From NCBI GenBank assembly GCA_041640575.1, contig JBEPZZ010000044.1:1-13994 (forward strand): a stretch of 13,994 bases of DNA, written 5' to 3'. Below are positions 1 to 13,728 of the stretch, piece after piece. The translations under genes were made by a program, and so were the position numbers. Origin of the DNA: Pseudothermotoga sp. (GTDB lineage Bacteria > Thermotogota > Thermotogae > Thermotogales > DSM-5069). Position 1 is the first letter of the stretch; every line of letters begins with the position of its first letter. The notes under the pieces are model-generated. The model made no database searches, was not told the DNA's origin, and was given only the letters and a program-made list of their open reading frames with translations.

Positions 1-339
1 TCGGGTCTTAGCACATTTGAACTGGTCACGAAAGAGTATCTACCGCATTTGTTTCCAATAGTTTTCACAACCTTTATTAACAACATGTCTTGGGCAATTG
101 GGATGGAAGTAACCTTAGCTTACCTAGGACTTGGACTAGATCCCATGAGAACACCAACGATTGGCAACATGCTGCAAATAGCTATTTACAGGCAGGCTAT
201 ATTCATGGGACTTTGGTGGTGGGTCTTGACACCTGTTGTGACAGCAATTTTGCTTTTTGTGTCTCTTTACCTAGTCTCTCTTTCATTGAGTGAATACCTT
301 GATCCACGAATGAGAGCACAAAGAGTGGGCAGAATTTGA
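1..339 (+). CDS. Opp/Dpp-family ABC transporter permease (OppC/DppC-like), 5'-truncated by the window edge
   Basis: Frame 1 is open from base 1 (SGLSTFELVTKEYLPHLFPIVF...), so the ORF-track start at 49 is internal. It shows the tail of an EAA-loop, hydrophobic helices, 'EVTLAYLGLG', 'WWWVLTP' and a C-terminal 'EYLDPR', all typical of OppC/DppC. It is immediately followed by two ABC ATPases. Confidence 0.9.
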   Translation, partial: SGLSTFELVTKEYLPHLFPIVFTTFINNMSWAIGMEVTLAYLGLGLDPMRTPTIGNMLQIAIYRQAIFMGLWWWVLTPVVTAILLFVSLYLVSLSLSEYLDPRMRAQRVGRI

Positions 340-349
340 GGTGATCAAT

Positions 350-1333
350 GTGCATGTTGTGAGAATAGAAAATTTGAGGTCATACTACATCTTGGATGTG
401 TTCAAAAAGCAAAAGACAATAAAAGCGGTTGACGGAGTTAACTTAACGATCTCGTCCAATCAAATCTTTGGTGTTGCCGGCGAAAGTGGTTGTGGAAAGA
501 CGACTTTGCTTAAAACCATCTTTGGTTTGCTCGAACCTCCTTTGAGACTGGTACAAGGCAAAGTGTTGTACCACTGGTCAGAAAAAGAACATGACATTTA
601 TTCTCTCAGTCCAGCCGAAAGAAGTCGATTTCGCTGGAAATTCATCTCCTATGTTCCACAAGGGTCAATGAGTGTTCTGAATCCTGTGATCAAGATAAAG
701 GAGACTTTCAGAGATGTTCTTGAGAGCCATATGGATGGAAAGGCAAAAAGAGATGTTTATGACATGGCTGCAGAACACTTAAGAGATTTGGGACTGCCTG
801 AAAACATACTGGATGCATACCCGCATCAACTTTCGGGTGGTATGCGCCAGAGAGTTTCTATCGCCCTTGCAACCATCCTAAGACCTCAGGTTTTAATAGC
901 AGATGAACCAACAACAGCTCTTGATGTTGTCACCCAAAGGGGTGTTTTACAGCTCTTGAAGGAAGTACAGGAAACAAGCAAAAACACAATTATTCTTGTG
1001 ACACACGATATGGGTGTTCATGCAAACATAGCAGATCGAATAGCGATAATGTATGCTGGGAAAATCATTGAAGAATCAACAGTTGAAGAAATTTTCGAAA
1101 GGCCTCTTCATCCATACACGAAGTTTCTAATTTCTTCGTTGCCAAAATTTGGTGATAAGCTTAGACGAACCAGCGCTCCGGGTTGCCCTCCTTCTCTTGC
1201 GGATCTCCCAAACGGCTGTGCTTTCAGCCCAAGATGTCCAAGTGCACTTGATAAATGTAAGGTTGATGAACCATCTTTGAAAAATTACGAAAACGATCAT
1301 AAAGTGGCTTGCTGGTTACTGGAGGGATTTTGA
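350..1333 (+). CDS. Opp/Dpp-family ABC transporter ATP-binding protein (OppD/DppD-like), probably for oligosaccharide uptake
   Basis: Walker A GESGCGKT, signature LSGGMRQR, Walker B LIADEPTTALD, H-loop VTHD, 'PLHPYT' and a Cys-rich C-terminal domain. The start is placed at GTG 350 rather than 341 because the Shine-Dalgarno GAGGTGA (338-344) overlaps 341 and lies 5 nt before 350. Confidence 0.95.
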   Translation: MHVVRIENLRSYYILDVFKKQKTIKAVDGVNLTISSNQIFGVAGESGCGKTTLLKTIFGLLEPPLRLVQGKVLYHWSEKEHDIYSLSPAERSRFRWKFISYVPQGSMSVLNPVIKIKETFRDVLESHMDGKAKRDVYDMAAEHLRDLGLPENILDAYPHQLSGGMRQRVSIALATILRPQVLIADEPTTALDVVTQRGVLQLLKEVQETSKNTIILVTHDMGVHANIADRIAIMYAGKIIEESTVEEIFERPLHPYTKFLISSLPKFGDKLRRTSAPGCPPSLADLPNGCAFSPRCPSALDKCKVDEPSLKNYENDHKVACWLLEGF

Positions 1334-1334
1334 G

Positions 1335-2291
1335 ATGGAGTACTTAATTGAAGTGAAGAATTTGACAAAAGTCTTCACGTACGGGAGCATATTTTCAAGA
1401 ACCAAAATAACGGCTGTTGATAACATCAGCTTTGAGATAAAAGAGGCAGAAATATTCACGATAGCAGGCGAAAGTGGTTGTGGAAAGACCACGACTGCAA
1501 AAATAATCCTTGGTTTCGAGGAACCAACAAAAGGTGAGATAAGATACAAAAACCAAAGAATTGACAGCCTTAATTATAAGTACAGAAAAAAACATTTGAG
1601 AGAGATACAAGCAGTCTTTCAAAACCCTTTCACAACCTTCAACAATTTGAGGAAGGTAGACAACTACTTTTATGAAACTTTAAGGAAATTGAAGGGCATC
1701 AACGATAGAAGAGAGGCAGTAGAAGTTATCAAAGAAAAGCTTTCGGCTGTGGGTATAACCTTTGAAGAATTTGCAGAAAGATATCCAAGCGAATTCTCAG
1801 GAGGGCAGCTTCAGCGCTTGTCTATAGCAAGAGCTTTACTTTGTGATCCACATTTAATAATTGCCGATGAACCAGTCTCAATGGTTGATGCATCGTTGCG
1901 AATGTCAATAGTAAATTTGTTCAAGGATTTAAAAGAAAAGTACAAATTAAGTATATTGTACATCACTCACGATTTGGCGACAGCTTACTATGTTAGCGAT
2001 AGAGTTGCAATCATGTTTAGAGGGGATATCGTTGAACTAGGTCCAGCAGATGAAGTTTTGCTTCAACCTAAGCATCCTTACACACAACTTTTGAGGGAAT
2101 CTGTTCCCGAAGCTGATCCAAAAAGAAGATGGACCGAGAAAATAAAGCTTTTGGAAGCTGAACAAGAATACTTTCAAACAGGATGTAAATTTGCTGGAAG
2201 ATGTCCAAAGAAAATGCAAGAATGCATTGATAACAAACCTCCATATTTCGAGGTCGGGCAATCAAAAGTGATGTGCTTTCTTTACAGATAG
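1335..2291 (+). CDS. Opp/Dpp-family ABC transporter ATP-binding protein (OppF/DppF-like)
   Basis: Walker A GESGCGKT, Q-loop VFQNP, signature FSGGQLQR, Walker B IIADEP, ITHD, 'PKHPYT' and a Cys-rich tail. SD GGAGG at 1321-1325; the ATG is 1 nt after the upstream stop. Confidence 0.95.
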   Translation: MEYLIEVKNLTKVFTYGSIFSRTKITAVDNISFEIKEAEIFTIAGESGCGKTTTAKIILGFEEPTKGEIRYKNQRIDSLNYKYRKKHLREIQAVFQNPFTTFNNLRKVDNYFYETLRKLKGINDRREAVEVIKEKLSAVGITFEEFAERYPSEFSGGQLQRLSIARALLCDPHLIIADEPVSMVDASLRMSIVNLFKDLKEKYKLSILYITHDLATAYYVSDRVAIMFRGDIVELGPADEVLLQPKHPYTQLLRESVPEADPKRRWTEKIKLLEAEQEYFQTGCKFAGRCPKKMQECIDNKPPYFEVGQSKVMCFLYR

Positions 2292-2559
2292 GTATACGTT
2301 CTTCAAGATTAACCCCCAACGTTGTGCAAAGCCAAATGGGAATTTGTTCGATCCTTCAAGGCGCTGACGGCAAATCTTCTGACAGAGTGACAAAGTTCGC
2401 AAGAATAGAAATTGTGGCCCAAGGAGTTCTGTATAGATCTACTGAATCTCGAATGCCAATTTCTAAGTAGAAAGTTTCAAATTTTTTCTACAAAGTTTTC
2501 CCCTTATATGTAAAAGAAGCCAAATTGCAGAGGATCTAATTTATTGGGGATCATACGTT

Positions 2560-2600
2560 AAAAAATGGCCGGCAAGCTAGTCAGATAAGCCGGCCGTTTT
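2560..2600. terminator. Intrinsic terminator of the minus-strand galactanase gene, possibly bidirectional
   Basis: Inverted repeat GGCCGGC (2567-2573) / GCCGGCC (2589-2595) with a 15-nt loop. It is followed by ATTTTTT on the minus strand and GTTTT on the plus strand. It lies about 30 nt past the GH53 stop, between convergent genes. Confidence 0.75.
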
Positions 2601-2626
2601 CGCAATTTGTCCATTTGTCCAATTCA

Positions 2627-4501
2627 TCATTTGATTTTTGTTAGCAAGAAGTCGTCCAACCAAGCCCAATTTCCTGCATTAGCATCAACAATAATGCTGA
2701 CTTTTATTCTCCCAGTCGTTACTTCTATATTGTCAATTGTCGGGTTACTCCATTTGAGCCAACCTGTGTTTTTGATCAAAACCGATTTTTCTTCGGAGCT
2801 GTGTTCACTTACTACAAGCCTGACAGAGTTTTCTCCACCTCCACCTTGAATCCAAAAGCTCAATTTGTAAGTACCATTTGGAAGTTCTATGATTTGTGAA
2901 AGTTCAAATTTGAATGGTTTATCGAGCCAGTAATTTACAGCGTATTTGCCATCGTGAGCATTGGAAGCAGGACTTGCAACAACTAATTTGACGGCATTGA
3001 CATCTCCAGTAACCTGCCAGGGTATCCATGACCCTGTTTCAAAGCTTGCATTTTTGATGTAATTCTTGATGCCTATTATCGAAAGTTTAGCCGAAACTGT
3101 CATATTCAAATCCTTTATTGTCCCGACAATCTTATATTCGCCTGGCTCATTTATCAAATGATTTATGTTAGATACGTCCCAGTTAACTGCAAAATATCTC
3201 GAAGCATCGTCAGAGAAGGATATTCTGATCCTTTCTGGGAATCTTGGCATTTCACCAACATTTGTTCGAATCTCAATAGGTTCTAATGCCAAGATCTCAG
3301 CTGGTTTGTAATGGTCATTACCATAAATCCACCTGAAAAAGTTCAAAGAAGGTAAGACATTTCCGTTAAAGTCAAAAAACGTTTGGTTTTCCCAAGGATT
3401 TCCTTCACCAGTTTTCCACCCAGCACCCTTGACAGGTATCCATGCCCCTTCCCAGTAAAAGATTCCCAATCCTTTATTCCTTGGCACCTTGTGTATCAGC
3501 TCAACAAGATCGGTGAGAAAGCTTACTTGCCCTTGTAACGTTGCTTTGTAACCTGCTTGGGCTATCATAGAATCAGTTCCAAGGATGTTTGGCTGTTCAT
3601 CGACATCCTGCAAGGTCCATGCGTAGGCTGTTTCAACGACAATTAAGTCTTTACCATAGCGAAGTGCAAGATCATTCATGTTCTCCTCAAGTTCGAATAA
3701 TGTTCCGTGCCAATATGGATAGAATGACAGGCCAATGACATCAAAATCCACGTTTCTTTTAATCATTTCATCAAAAAGCCATCTGTAAAGCTTGTTATTA
3801 CCACCATCGGCAAGGTGCAGAAGGATTTTTATATTAGGATCAACTTCACGTACGGCGTTTATACCAGCAGTCAGCAGTGAAACAAAGCCATCGAATCCAC
3901 CAGCACCAGGTCCACTGATCTGCCCATCCGGCCATAAGAAACCATTGTTCAGTTCGTTTCCAAGTTGAACCATTTCAGGAAGAGCGTTATTTTTCAACAT
4001 ATATTTCAACACGTCTTTTGTATATTCGTAGATTGCACGGGCAAGCGCTTCGCCAGTTAGCTTTTCCCAAGCTTTCGGTTTGCTTTGCTTTCCAGGATCG
4101 GCCCACCAGTCACTGTAGTGAAAATCAAGTAATAGCTTAAGTCCCTTCTGCTTAGCTCGTTTCGCTATTTCAGTCATGTTTACATGATCACAATTGCCAC
4201 CACCTAATGGATTACCATTCTCATCCCTTGGATCAACCCATACCCTCAATCTGATCCAGTTAATACCATAATCTTTCAAAATATCCAGCAAATCTTTCTC
4301 AACACCTTTGTCGTAATATTTCCCACCAAGTCTTTCGATCTCGTAAAGCATAGAGATGTCCATACCCATGATAAAGTTCGGATCCAAATCCAGAATCGGT
4401 TTGACATTCAGCAAGATCATTTCACTTGAAGAAGTTGTGCCAACCGGCCAGACAAAGGTTGTTAAGAGTGGAAAAAGCATGAAAGTGAAGAATCTACGCA
4501 T
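2627..4501 (-). CDS. ganA: Secreted arabinogalactan endo-beta-1,4-galactanase (GH53) with Ig-like (Big_4-like) linker and C-terminal CBM61-like module
   Basis: Signal-peptide-like N-terminus (MRRFFTFMLFPLLTTFVWP). GH53 motifs GMDIS, IRLRVW, DFHYSDWWADPGKQ, VQLGNE (acid/base E183), SFYPYWHG, VVETAY (nucleotide-derived nucleophile position E290), FYWEGAW and WENQ. The C-terminal ~145 aa (NYIKNASFE...WAWLDDF) resembles the CBM of the Thermotoga maritima GH53 galactanase. SD GAGGTG precedes the ATG. Confidence 0.93.
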   Translation of the reverse strand: MRRFFTFMLFPLLTTFVWPVGTTSSSEMILLNVKPILDLDPNFIMGMDISMLYEIERLGGKYYDKGVEKDLLDILKDYGINWIRLRVWVDPRDENGNPLGGGNCDHVNMTEIAKRAKQKGLKLLLDFHYSDWWADPGKQSKPKAWEKLTGEALARAIYEYTKDVLKYMLKNNALPEMVQLGNELNNGFLWPDGQISGPGAGGFDGFVSLLTAGINAVREVDPNIKILLHLADGGNNKLYRWLFDEMIKRNVDFDVIGLSFYPYWHGTLFELEENMNDLALRYGKDLIVVETAYAWTLQDVDEQPNILGTDSMIAQAGYKATLQGQVSFLTDLVELIHKVPRNKGLGIFYWEGAWIPVKGAGWKTGEGNPWENQTFFDFNGNVLPSLNFFRWIYGNDHYKPAEILALEPIEIRTNVGEMPRFPERIRISFSDDASRYFAVNWDVSNINHLINEPGEYKIVGTIKDLNMTVSAKLSIIGIKNYIKNASFETGSWIPWQVTGDVNAVKLVVASPASNAHDGKYAVNYWLDKPFKFELSQIIELPNGTYKLSFWIQGGGGENSVRLVVSEHSSEEKSVLIKNTGWLKWSNPTIDNIEVTTGRIKVSIIVDANAGNWAWLDDFLLTKIK

Positions 4502-4532
4502 TTCGAAACACCTCTTTTCTCATCTTTTCACA

Positions 4533-4549
4533 GTGAAGATATTTTAACA
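4533..4549 (-). promoter_or_regulatory. Candidate extended -10 promoter (TGtTAAAAT) overlapped by a 16-bp imperfect palindrome (putative LacI-family operator)
   Basis: The minus strand reads ...aTGtTAAAATatcttcac... The palindrome GTGAAGAT|ATTTTAAC at 4533-4548 has 6 of 8 symmetric pairs. It lies 32 bp upstream of the ganA ATG in the largest gap of the minus-strand run. The -35 is poor (CTGCTT). Confidence 0.45.
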
Positions 4550-4608
4550 TTCTGATAGCTAAAAAGCAGAAAGAACGGTTAGATTGATTCTCAAAGATAA
4601 CTGGTACT

Positions 4609-9190
<4,582 letters not shown>

Positions 9191-9203
9191 TATTATCATC
9201 TCC

Positions 9204-10529
9204 TCAGGACTTTACAGTTGTGAGAATGTAGTAGTTTAGCAGTGACTCAATTTCCTCTTGTCTTCCTGAATTTGGTACTGCCACTTCCTTGTCTAAAACA
9301 TATTCTTCCAATTCTTCGAAGTTGGTCTGGTTGTTTAGTATCTTCAAACCAATTCCAGAGCTGTAACTCGCATATCTTTCTTCGATGAGCTTGTCCATCT
9401 TTCCCTCTTTTACAATCCTATGTGCCACTCTAAAGCCAAATGCGAAAGTGTCCATTGCAACGATGTGACCTATGATCAAATCACGTAAAGTATGAGAAGC
9501 TCTTCTTGGCTTTGCGTCAAAATTCAGACCACCTGTTGTAAACCCTCCAGCTTTGATCACTTCATACATTGCTAAGGTTGTTTCGTAAATGTTTGTTGGA
9601 TATTGATCCGTGTCCCATCCGAGCATCAAATCACCTTGGTTCGCATCTATGCTGTGAAATTTGTTGTTGATTCTTGCGTATCTAAGCTCATGGGCAAAGG
9701 TATGACCTGCCAATGTAGCGTGATTTGCTTCAATATTGAATTTGAAGTAAGATTCTAAACCGTAATTTTTCAGGAAAGCAAGACAATGCGCAGCATCAAA
9801 ATCGTATTGATGCTTCGTAGGTTCCATAGGTTTCGGCTCGATCATAAACTGACCGGTAAAACCTATTTTCTTAGCATAATCCACAGCCATGCTCAAGAAT
9901 CGCGCAAGATTATCTAATTCAAATTTCATATCAGTGTTCAACAAGGTTTCGTAACCTTCTCGTCCACCCCAGAAGACATAACCCTGTCCTCCAAGTTCTT
10001 TGGTTATTTCAAGAGCTTTCTTTACTTGTGCAGCTGCGTAAGCAAATACGTCAGATGATGGTGAGGTTGCAGCACCTTGACAGTATCTTGGATGTGAGAA
10101 CAAATTTGCCGTACCCCAGAGAAGTTTCAAATTTACTCCCGTGAGCTTATCTTTAAGATAGGTAACGACTTTGTCAAGCATTTGATTTGTTTCACGCAGA
10201 GTTTTCCCCTCCGGTGCTATGTCTCGATCGTGGAAACAGAAATATTCGATCCCAATTTTCTCAGCAAACTCTACGAGGGCATCAATTCTAGCATATGCTC
10301 TATCTATAGGATCGTTGAAACGATTCCACGGTCTGTCATAGACACCATCACCGAACATGTCATTCCCCGTTCCAACAAAAGTATGCCAAAAAGCAATGGC
10401 AAAACGTAGGTGATCTTTCATTGGTTTACCATCAATAACCTCCTTTGGGTTGTAGTACTTGAAGCTAAATGGATTTGTGCTATTGGGTCCTTCATATTCA
10501 ATCTTTGGAAAATCTTTGAAAAATACCAT
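9204..10529 (-). CDS. xylA: Xylose isomerase (class II)
   Basis: [57 protein letters not shown] and NFDAK. The start is placed at ATG 10529 ([14 protein letters not shown]), with SD AAGGAG 8 nt upstream; the ORF-track GTG at 10535 lies inside the purine-rich SD region. Confidence 0.97.
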   Translation of the reverse strand: MVFFKDFPKIEYEGPNSTNPFSFKYYNPKEVIDGKPMKDHLRFAIAFWHTFVGTGNDMFGDGVYDRPWNRFNDPIDRAYARIDALVEFAEKIGIEYFCFHDRDIAPEGKTLRETNQMLDKVVTYLKDKLTGVNLKLLWGTANLFSHPRYCQGAATSPSSDVFAYAAAQVKKALEITKELGGQGYVFWGGREGYETLLNTDMKFELDNLARFLSMAVDYAKKIGFTGQFMIEPKPMEPTKHQYDFDAAHCLAFLKNYGLESYFKFNIEANHATLAGHTFAHELRYARINNKFHSIDANQGDLMLGWDTDQYPTNIYETTLAMYEVIKAGGFTTGGLNFDAKPRRASHTLRDLIIGHIVAMDTFAFGFRVAHRIVKEGKMDKLIEERYASYSSGIGLKILNNQTNFEELEEYVLDKEVAVPNSGRQEEIESLLNYYILTTVKS

Positions 10530-10551
10530 GTTCACCTCTCCTTCCTATTGT

Positions 10552-11646
10552 CTACAAGAGTTCTATTTCCTTATCAGTTGAATAGAACCTAAAAGTTGTT
10601 TTATGATGGTATATTTCTCCAGGCTGTAAAAGAGCAGATGGAAAATTTTTGCGATTTGGTGCGTCCGGAAAGTTTTGGGTTTCCAGACATAATCCGGAAT
10701 ATCTTTTGTAAATTTGTCCTCGTTTGCCTCGAACATTTGAAAGATAATTGCCAGTGTAAAGCTGCAAACCTGGTTGTGTTGTATAAACTTCCATGCACCT
10801 TCCTGTTTTGTGATCAATCAATTTTGATGCAAATTTCAGTTGGTTGCTTTCGCCATTTAAAACAAAGTTATGATCATAACCTAGGAAGCCATTCTGAAGC
10901 ATTTTTTCTATCCCTTCACCAACTCTTTTGGGTTTTCTAAAATCAAAAACTGTGTTCGCAACCGATCTTATTTCACCTGTTGGCACGAGATTTTCGTTTA
11001 CGGGTGTGTAAAAATCACTGTTGATAATAAGATAATGGTTAAGAACTGTCTCTTCATTGGATAAATTGAAGTAAGAATGCTGAGTTAGATTCACGAAGGT
11101 TGGTTTATCGGTAGTGGCTTGATATTCAACTAAAAGCTCTAAATTCCTAAGCTTGTAAGTCACTATAACATCGAGATTTCCTGGAAAGCCTTCTTCACCA
11201 TCTGGGCTTTTGTATTTCAAAATCAAAGTTGGACTGTTTCGATCAGACTCGTCAACAAAAGCATCGAAAACCACTGTATGAAAACCTTTGAAACCACCGT
11301 GAAGTGTATTAGGCCTGCCGTCATCATTCAAAGGTAATTGGTACACATGCTCACCAATCGAAAACCTTCCGTTAGCTATCCTATTTGCGTATCTTCCTAT
11401 CACACAACCAAAATAGTAATTTGAGTTGAATCTTTCATATTCTTCAATGCTATCAAAACCTAAAACAATATCAGCAAAATCCTTGTTCTTGTCAGGCACC
11501 CACAATTCTCTAATTATTCCACCGTAATTGATTATCTTGCAAACCAATCCGCTTTCTGATTTTAGAGTAAATTGATAAACTCGTTTTCCATCTGATGTCA
11601 CGCCGAAGAATTCCTTCTCGATAGCTTTCTTTTGAGATACTTTCAA
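10552..11646 (-). CDS. galM: Aldose 1-epimerase (mutarotase, GalM family); context suggests a xylose mutarotase role
   Basis: DIVLGF, YFGCVIGRYANRI, LHGG, EGFPGNL, NLTQHSYFNL, PTGEI, GYDHNF, QLYTGN and CLETQNFPDAPN. TTG start with SD GGAGGTG 8 nt upstream. Confidence 0.92.
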   Translation of the reverse strand: MKVSQKKAIEKEFFGVTSDGKRVYQFTLKSESGLVCKIINYGGIIRELWVPDKNKDFADIVLGFDSIEEYERFNSNYYFGCVIGRYANRIANGRFSIGEHVYQLPLNDDGRPNTLHGGFKGFHTVVFDAFVDESDRNSPTLILKYKSPDGEEGFPGNLDVIVTYKLRNLELLVEYQATTDKPTFVNLTQHSYFNLSNEETVLNHYLIINSDFYTPVNENLVPTGEIRSVANTVFDFRKPKRVGEGIEKMLQNGFLGYDHNFVLNGESNQLKFASKLIDHKTGRCMEVYTTQPGLQLYTGNYLSNVRGKRGQIYKRYSGLCLETQNFPDAPNRKNFPSALLQPGEIYHHKTTFRFYSTDKEIELL

Positions 11647-11667
11647 AGTTCAACCACCTCCGATAAC

Positions 11668-13713
11668 TCATGGGTAAATGATTCGACCTTTTTCATCACC
11701 TATCGCGGTTTTTCGGTAAAAGTATGTATTAACGACATCACGCCATTCAATAGCGTGTAATAGTTGCATCTCAAGTCGCTTTTTCACCCGCAAGAATATC
11801 GATGGATCGATTTTCCCCTCAAGATCATTCCATAAATTTATGAATTCTTGCACCTTCTCTACCGCATTGAAATGCAAATCATAGATGTTTTGTAAAAGAG
11901 TTTTACCATTTTTCATTTTGAAATTGTATGGAACTCTATGAAAGAACAACAACAATTCCTCAGGACATTTTTCAATATCGTCGTAAACACTACGCCAGGG
12001 CTCGTTGTATTGAAGAGTAAAGCCAGTTCCTCTTGACGTTCGATCAACACCTATTGCTTCCCAATTCGCTCTGTGGTAAGCCCCCCAATGCGAATATTCG
12101 TATCCCTCAGGATTTGGCCCGTAGTGATGACCGGGGTTAACCATCCACCCGAGTCCAAACGGTGTTGTATAGCTTTCGTACACTTCTCTTGAGCTCATGA
12201 GCAAGTATGTGATATTTTTCAACACTATTTCATCGTCTCCAAATGTAAGTTTTATCCATTCTTCAACTATTTCCTTCAAATCTTGATCTGGATCCCAAGC
12301 CAGTTTTCCAAAACTCCAAAGATTTGCTTGAGCAAGGTCGTGACCGGTCCAATTTGGATCATCACCAATATTTGCAACACCAGCAATCCCACAGCTTTTC
12401 TTATTATAAATTGTACCATCAATTATTCTTTTCACGAAGGAATTATTTCCTTTTGAAAAAGTATCGAAATCTAAAATTTCCTTCCACATGGTGCCCAAGT
12501 AGCAAAGATGTATTTGTTGGCCTGTGTATTCCTGCGTTATCTGAAGTTCTAGAATCTGATTGGTCTCCTTGAGGCCACCAAAAAGCGGTGAGACAGGTTC
12601 TCGAATCTGAAAGTCCATCGGACCATACTTTATCTGAATTGCTACATTTTCGGCAAACTTACCATCCAAAGGTTTAAATATCTCGTAAGCGGCTTTTGCC
12701 CTATCAGTCTTGTAATCTCTCCAGTCTTGCTGACAGTTGTAAACAAAAGCTCTCCATACAACAAACCCATCAAATGCTTCAAGAGCTTCAGCCAACATAT
12801 TTGCTCCATCTGCTTGGGTTCTACCATATGTATGTGGACCAGGATTGAATTCTGAATCAGCCTTGACAAGAAAACCCCCAAAGTTTGGTATGTAATCGTA
12901 AATCTGCTTAACTTTTTGTTTCCACCATTGCCTAACCCTTTGATCAAGCGGATCTGCTGTGTCCAAACCACCTAGGTGAATAGGCGACGCAAAATTCACA
13001 CTTAGAAACATCTTTATTCCATACTTCTGAAAAAGACTAGCAATTTGTGAGAGTTTTTTCAAATAAACTGGTTCAATAAGCTTGATCGCTGTATGTCGAA
13101 CATTGACATTATTTAGAACGACACCATTTATTCCCAGCGAGGAAATCAAACGAGCATAGTCTTTTGTTCTTTCAGTAAATAAAATGCGATCAGCTGAGAA
13201 AAAAATTGATTTTCCAGCATATCCACGCTCAATCGAACCGTCCATGTTGTCCCAATGATTGAGCATCCGTAATCTTATTTTTGGATTCGAAACAACATTA
13301 AGATCCTTAAGCTCTTGTCCAAGTCTAATTCTGTTAAGAAGATCAAAAATACCGTAAACTATCCCAGAATTTGAATGTCCAGCAAGAACCAAGCATTCCA
13401 ATCCTTTATTTTTTATGTATTTTATGATAAAACCTTCGTTAGATAATTTTTCTTGAAAATCTATCTTGACAGGCAAAATATTTAACTTGCCTATCAATAA
13501 ATGCTTGCCCTTCTTTGGAAGACTTCCGCAAAACCTTGGACGAACACCAAATACTTGTTCACAAAAATCTATGAGTTCCTGGCGAACCGCTTGAAATTCA
13601 CTGTCAGGATCTAGCAAACAAATTGAACTGAACCACTCAGAAAGTTTCTCTTTGTCAAATTGAGAATGTATCCCGTAATTTAGCCAGCACATTTCATAAT
13701 TTTTCTGCGACAT
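11668..13713 (-). CDS. aguA: Xylan alpha-1,2-glucuronidase (GH67), cytoplasmic
   Basis: [77 protein letters not shown] and WRD. No signal peptide; SD GGAGG upstream of the ATG. Confidence 0.96.
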   Translation of the reverse strand: MSQKNYEMCWLNYGIHSQFDKEKLSEWFSSICLLDPDSEFQAVRQELIDFCEQVFGVRPRFCGSLPKKGKHLLIGKLNILPVKIDFQEKLSNEGFIIKYIKNKGLECLVLAGHSNSGIVYGIFDLLNRIRLGQELKDLNVVSNPKIRLRMLNHWDNMDGSIERGYAGKSIFFSADRILFTERTKDYARLISSLGINGVVLNNVNVRHTAIKLIEPVYLKKLSQIASLFQKYGIKMFLSVNFASPIHLGGLDTADPLDQRVRQWWKQKVKQIYDYIPNFGGFLVKADSEFNPGPHTYGRTQADGANMLAEALEAFDGFVVWRAFVYNCQQDWRDYKTDRAKAAYEIFKPLDGKFAENVAIQIKYGPMDFQIREPVSPLFGGLKETNQILELQITQEYTGQQIHLCYLGTMWKEILDFDTFSKGNNSFVKRIIDGTIYNKKSCGIAGVANIGDDPNWTGHDLAQANLWSFGKLAWDPDQDLKEIVEEWIKLTFGDDEIVLKNITYLLMSSREVYESYTTPFGLGWMVNPGHHYGPNPEGYEYSHWGAYHRANWEAIGVDRTSRGTGFTLQYNEPWRSVYDDIEKCPEELLLFFHRVPYNFKMKNGKTLLQNIYDLHFNAVEKVQEFINLWNDLEGKIDPSIFLRVKKRLEMQLLHAIEWRDVVNTYFYRKTAIGDEKGRIIYP

Positions 13714-13728
13714 TTTTCCCTCCGCAAA

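Noticed and set aside
2369..2430. GGCAAA...GACAAAG resemblance to a c-di-GMP-I riboswitch
   Set aside because: It lacks the GNRA-capped stem, the GACGCAAA junction and a closing P1 partner, and there is no downstream gene in that orientation.
2273..2470. 65-aa plus-strand ORF overlapping the ATPase stop
   Set aside because: No Shine-Dalgarno and no recognisable motif. It is kept only as part of the unexplained spacer, not as a gene.
2605..2620. Tandem 8-bp duplication ATTTGTCC ATTTGTCC
   Set aside because: Only two adjacent copies with no spacers or flanking element. Most simply a slippage duplication, not CRISPR or a supported target-site duplication.
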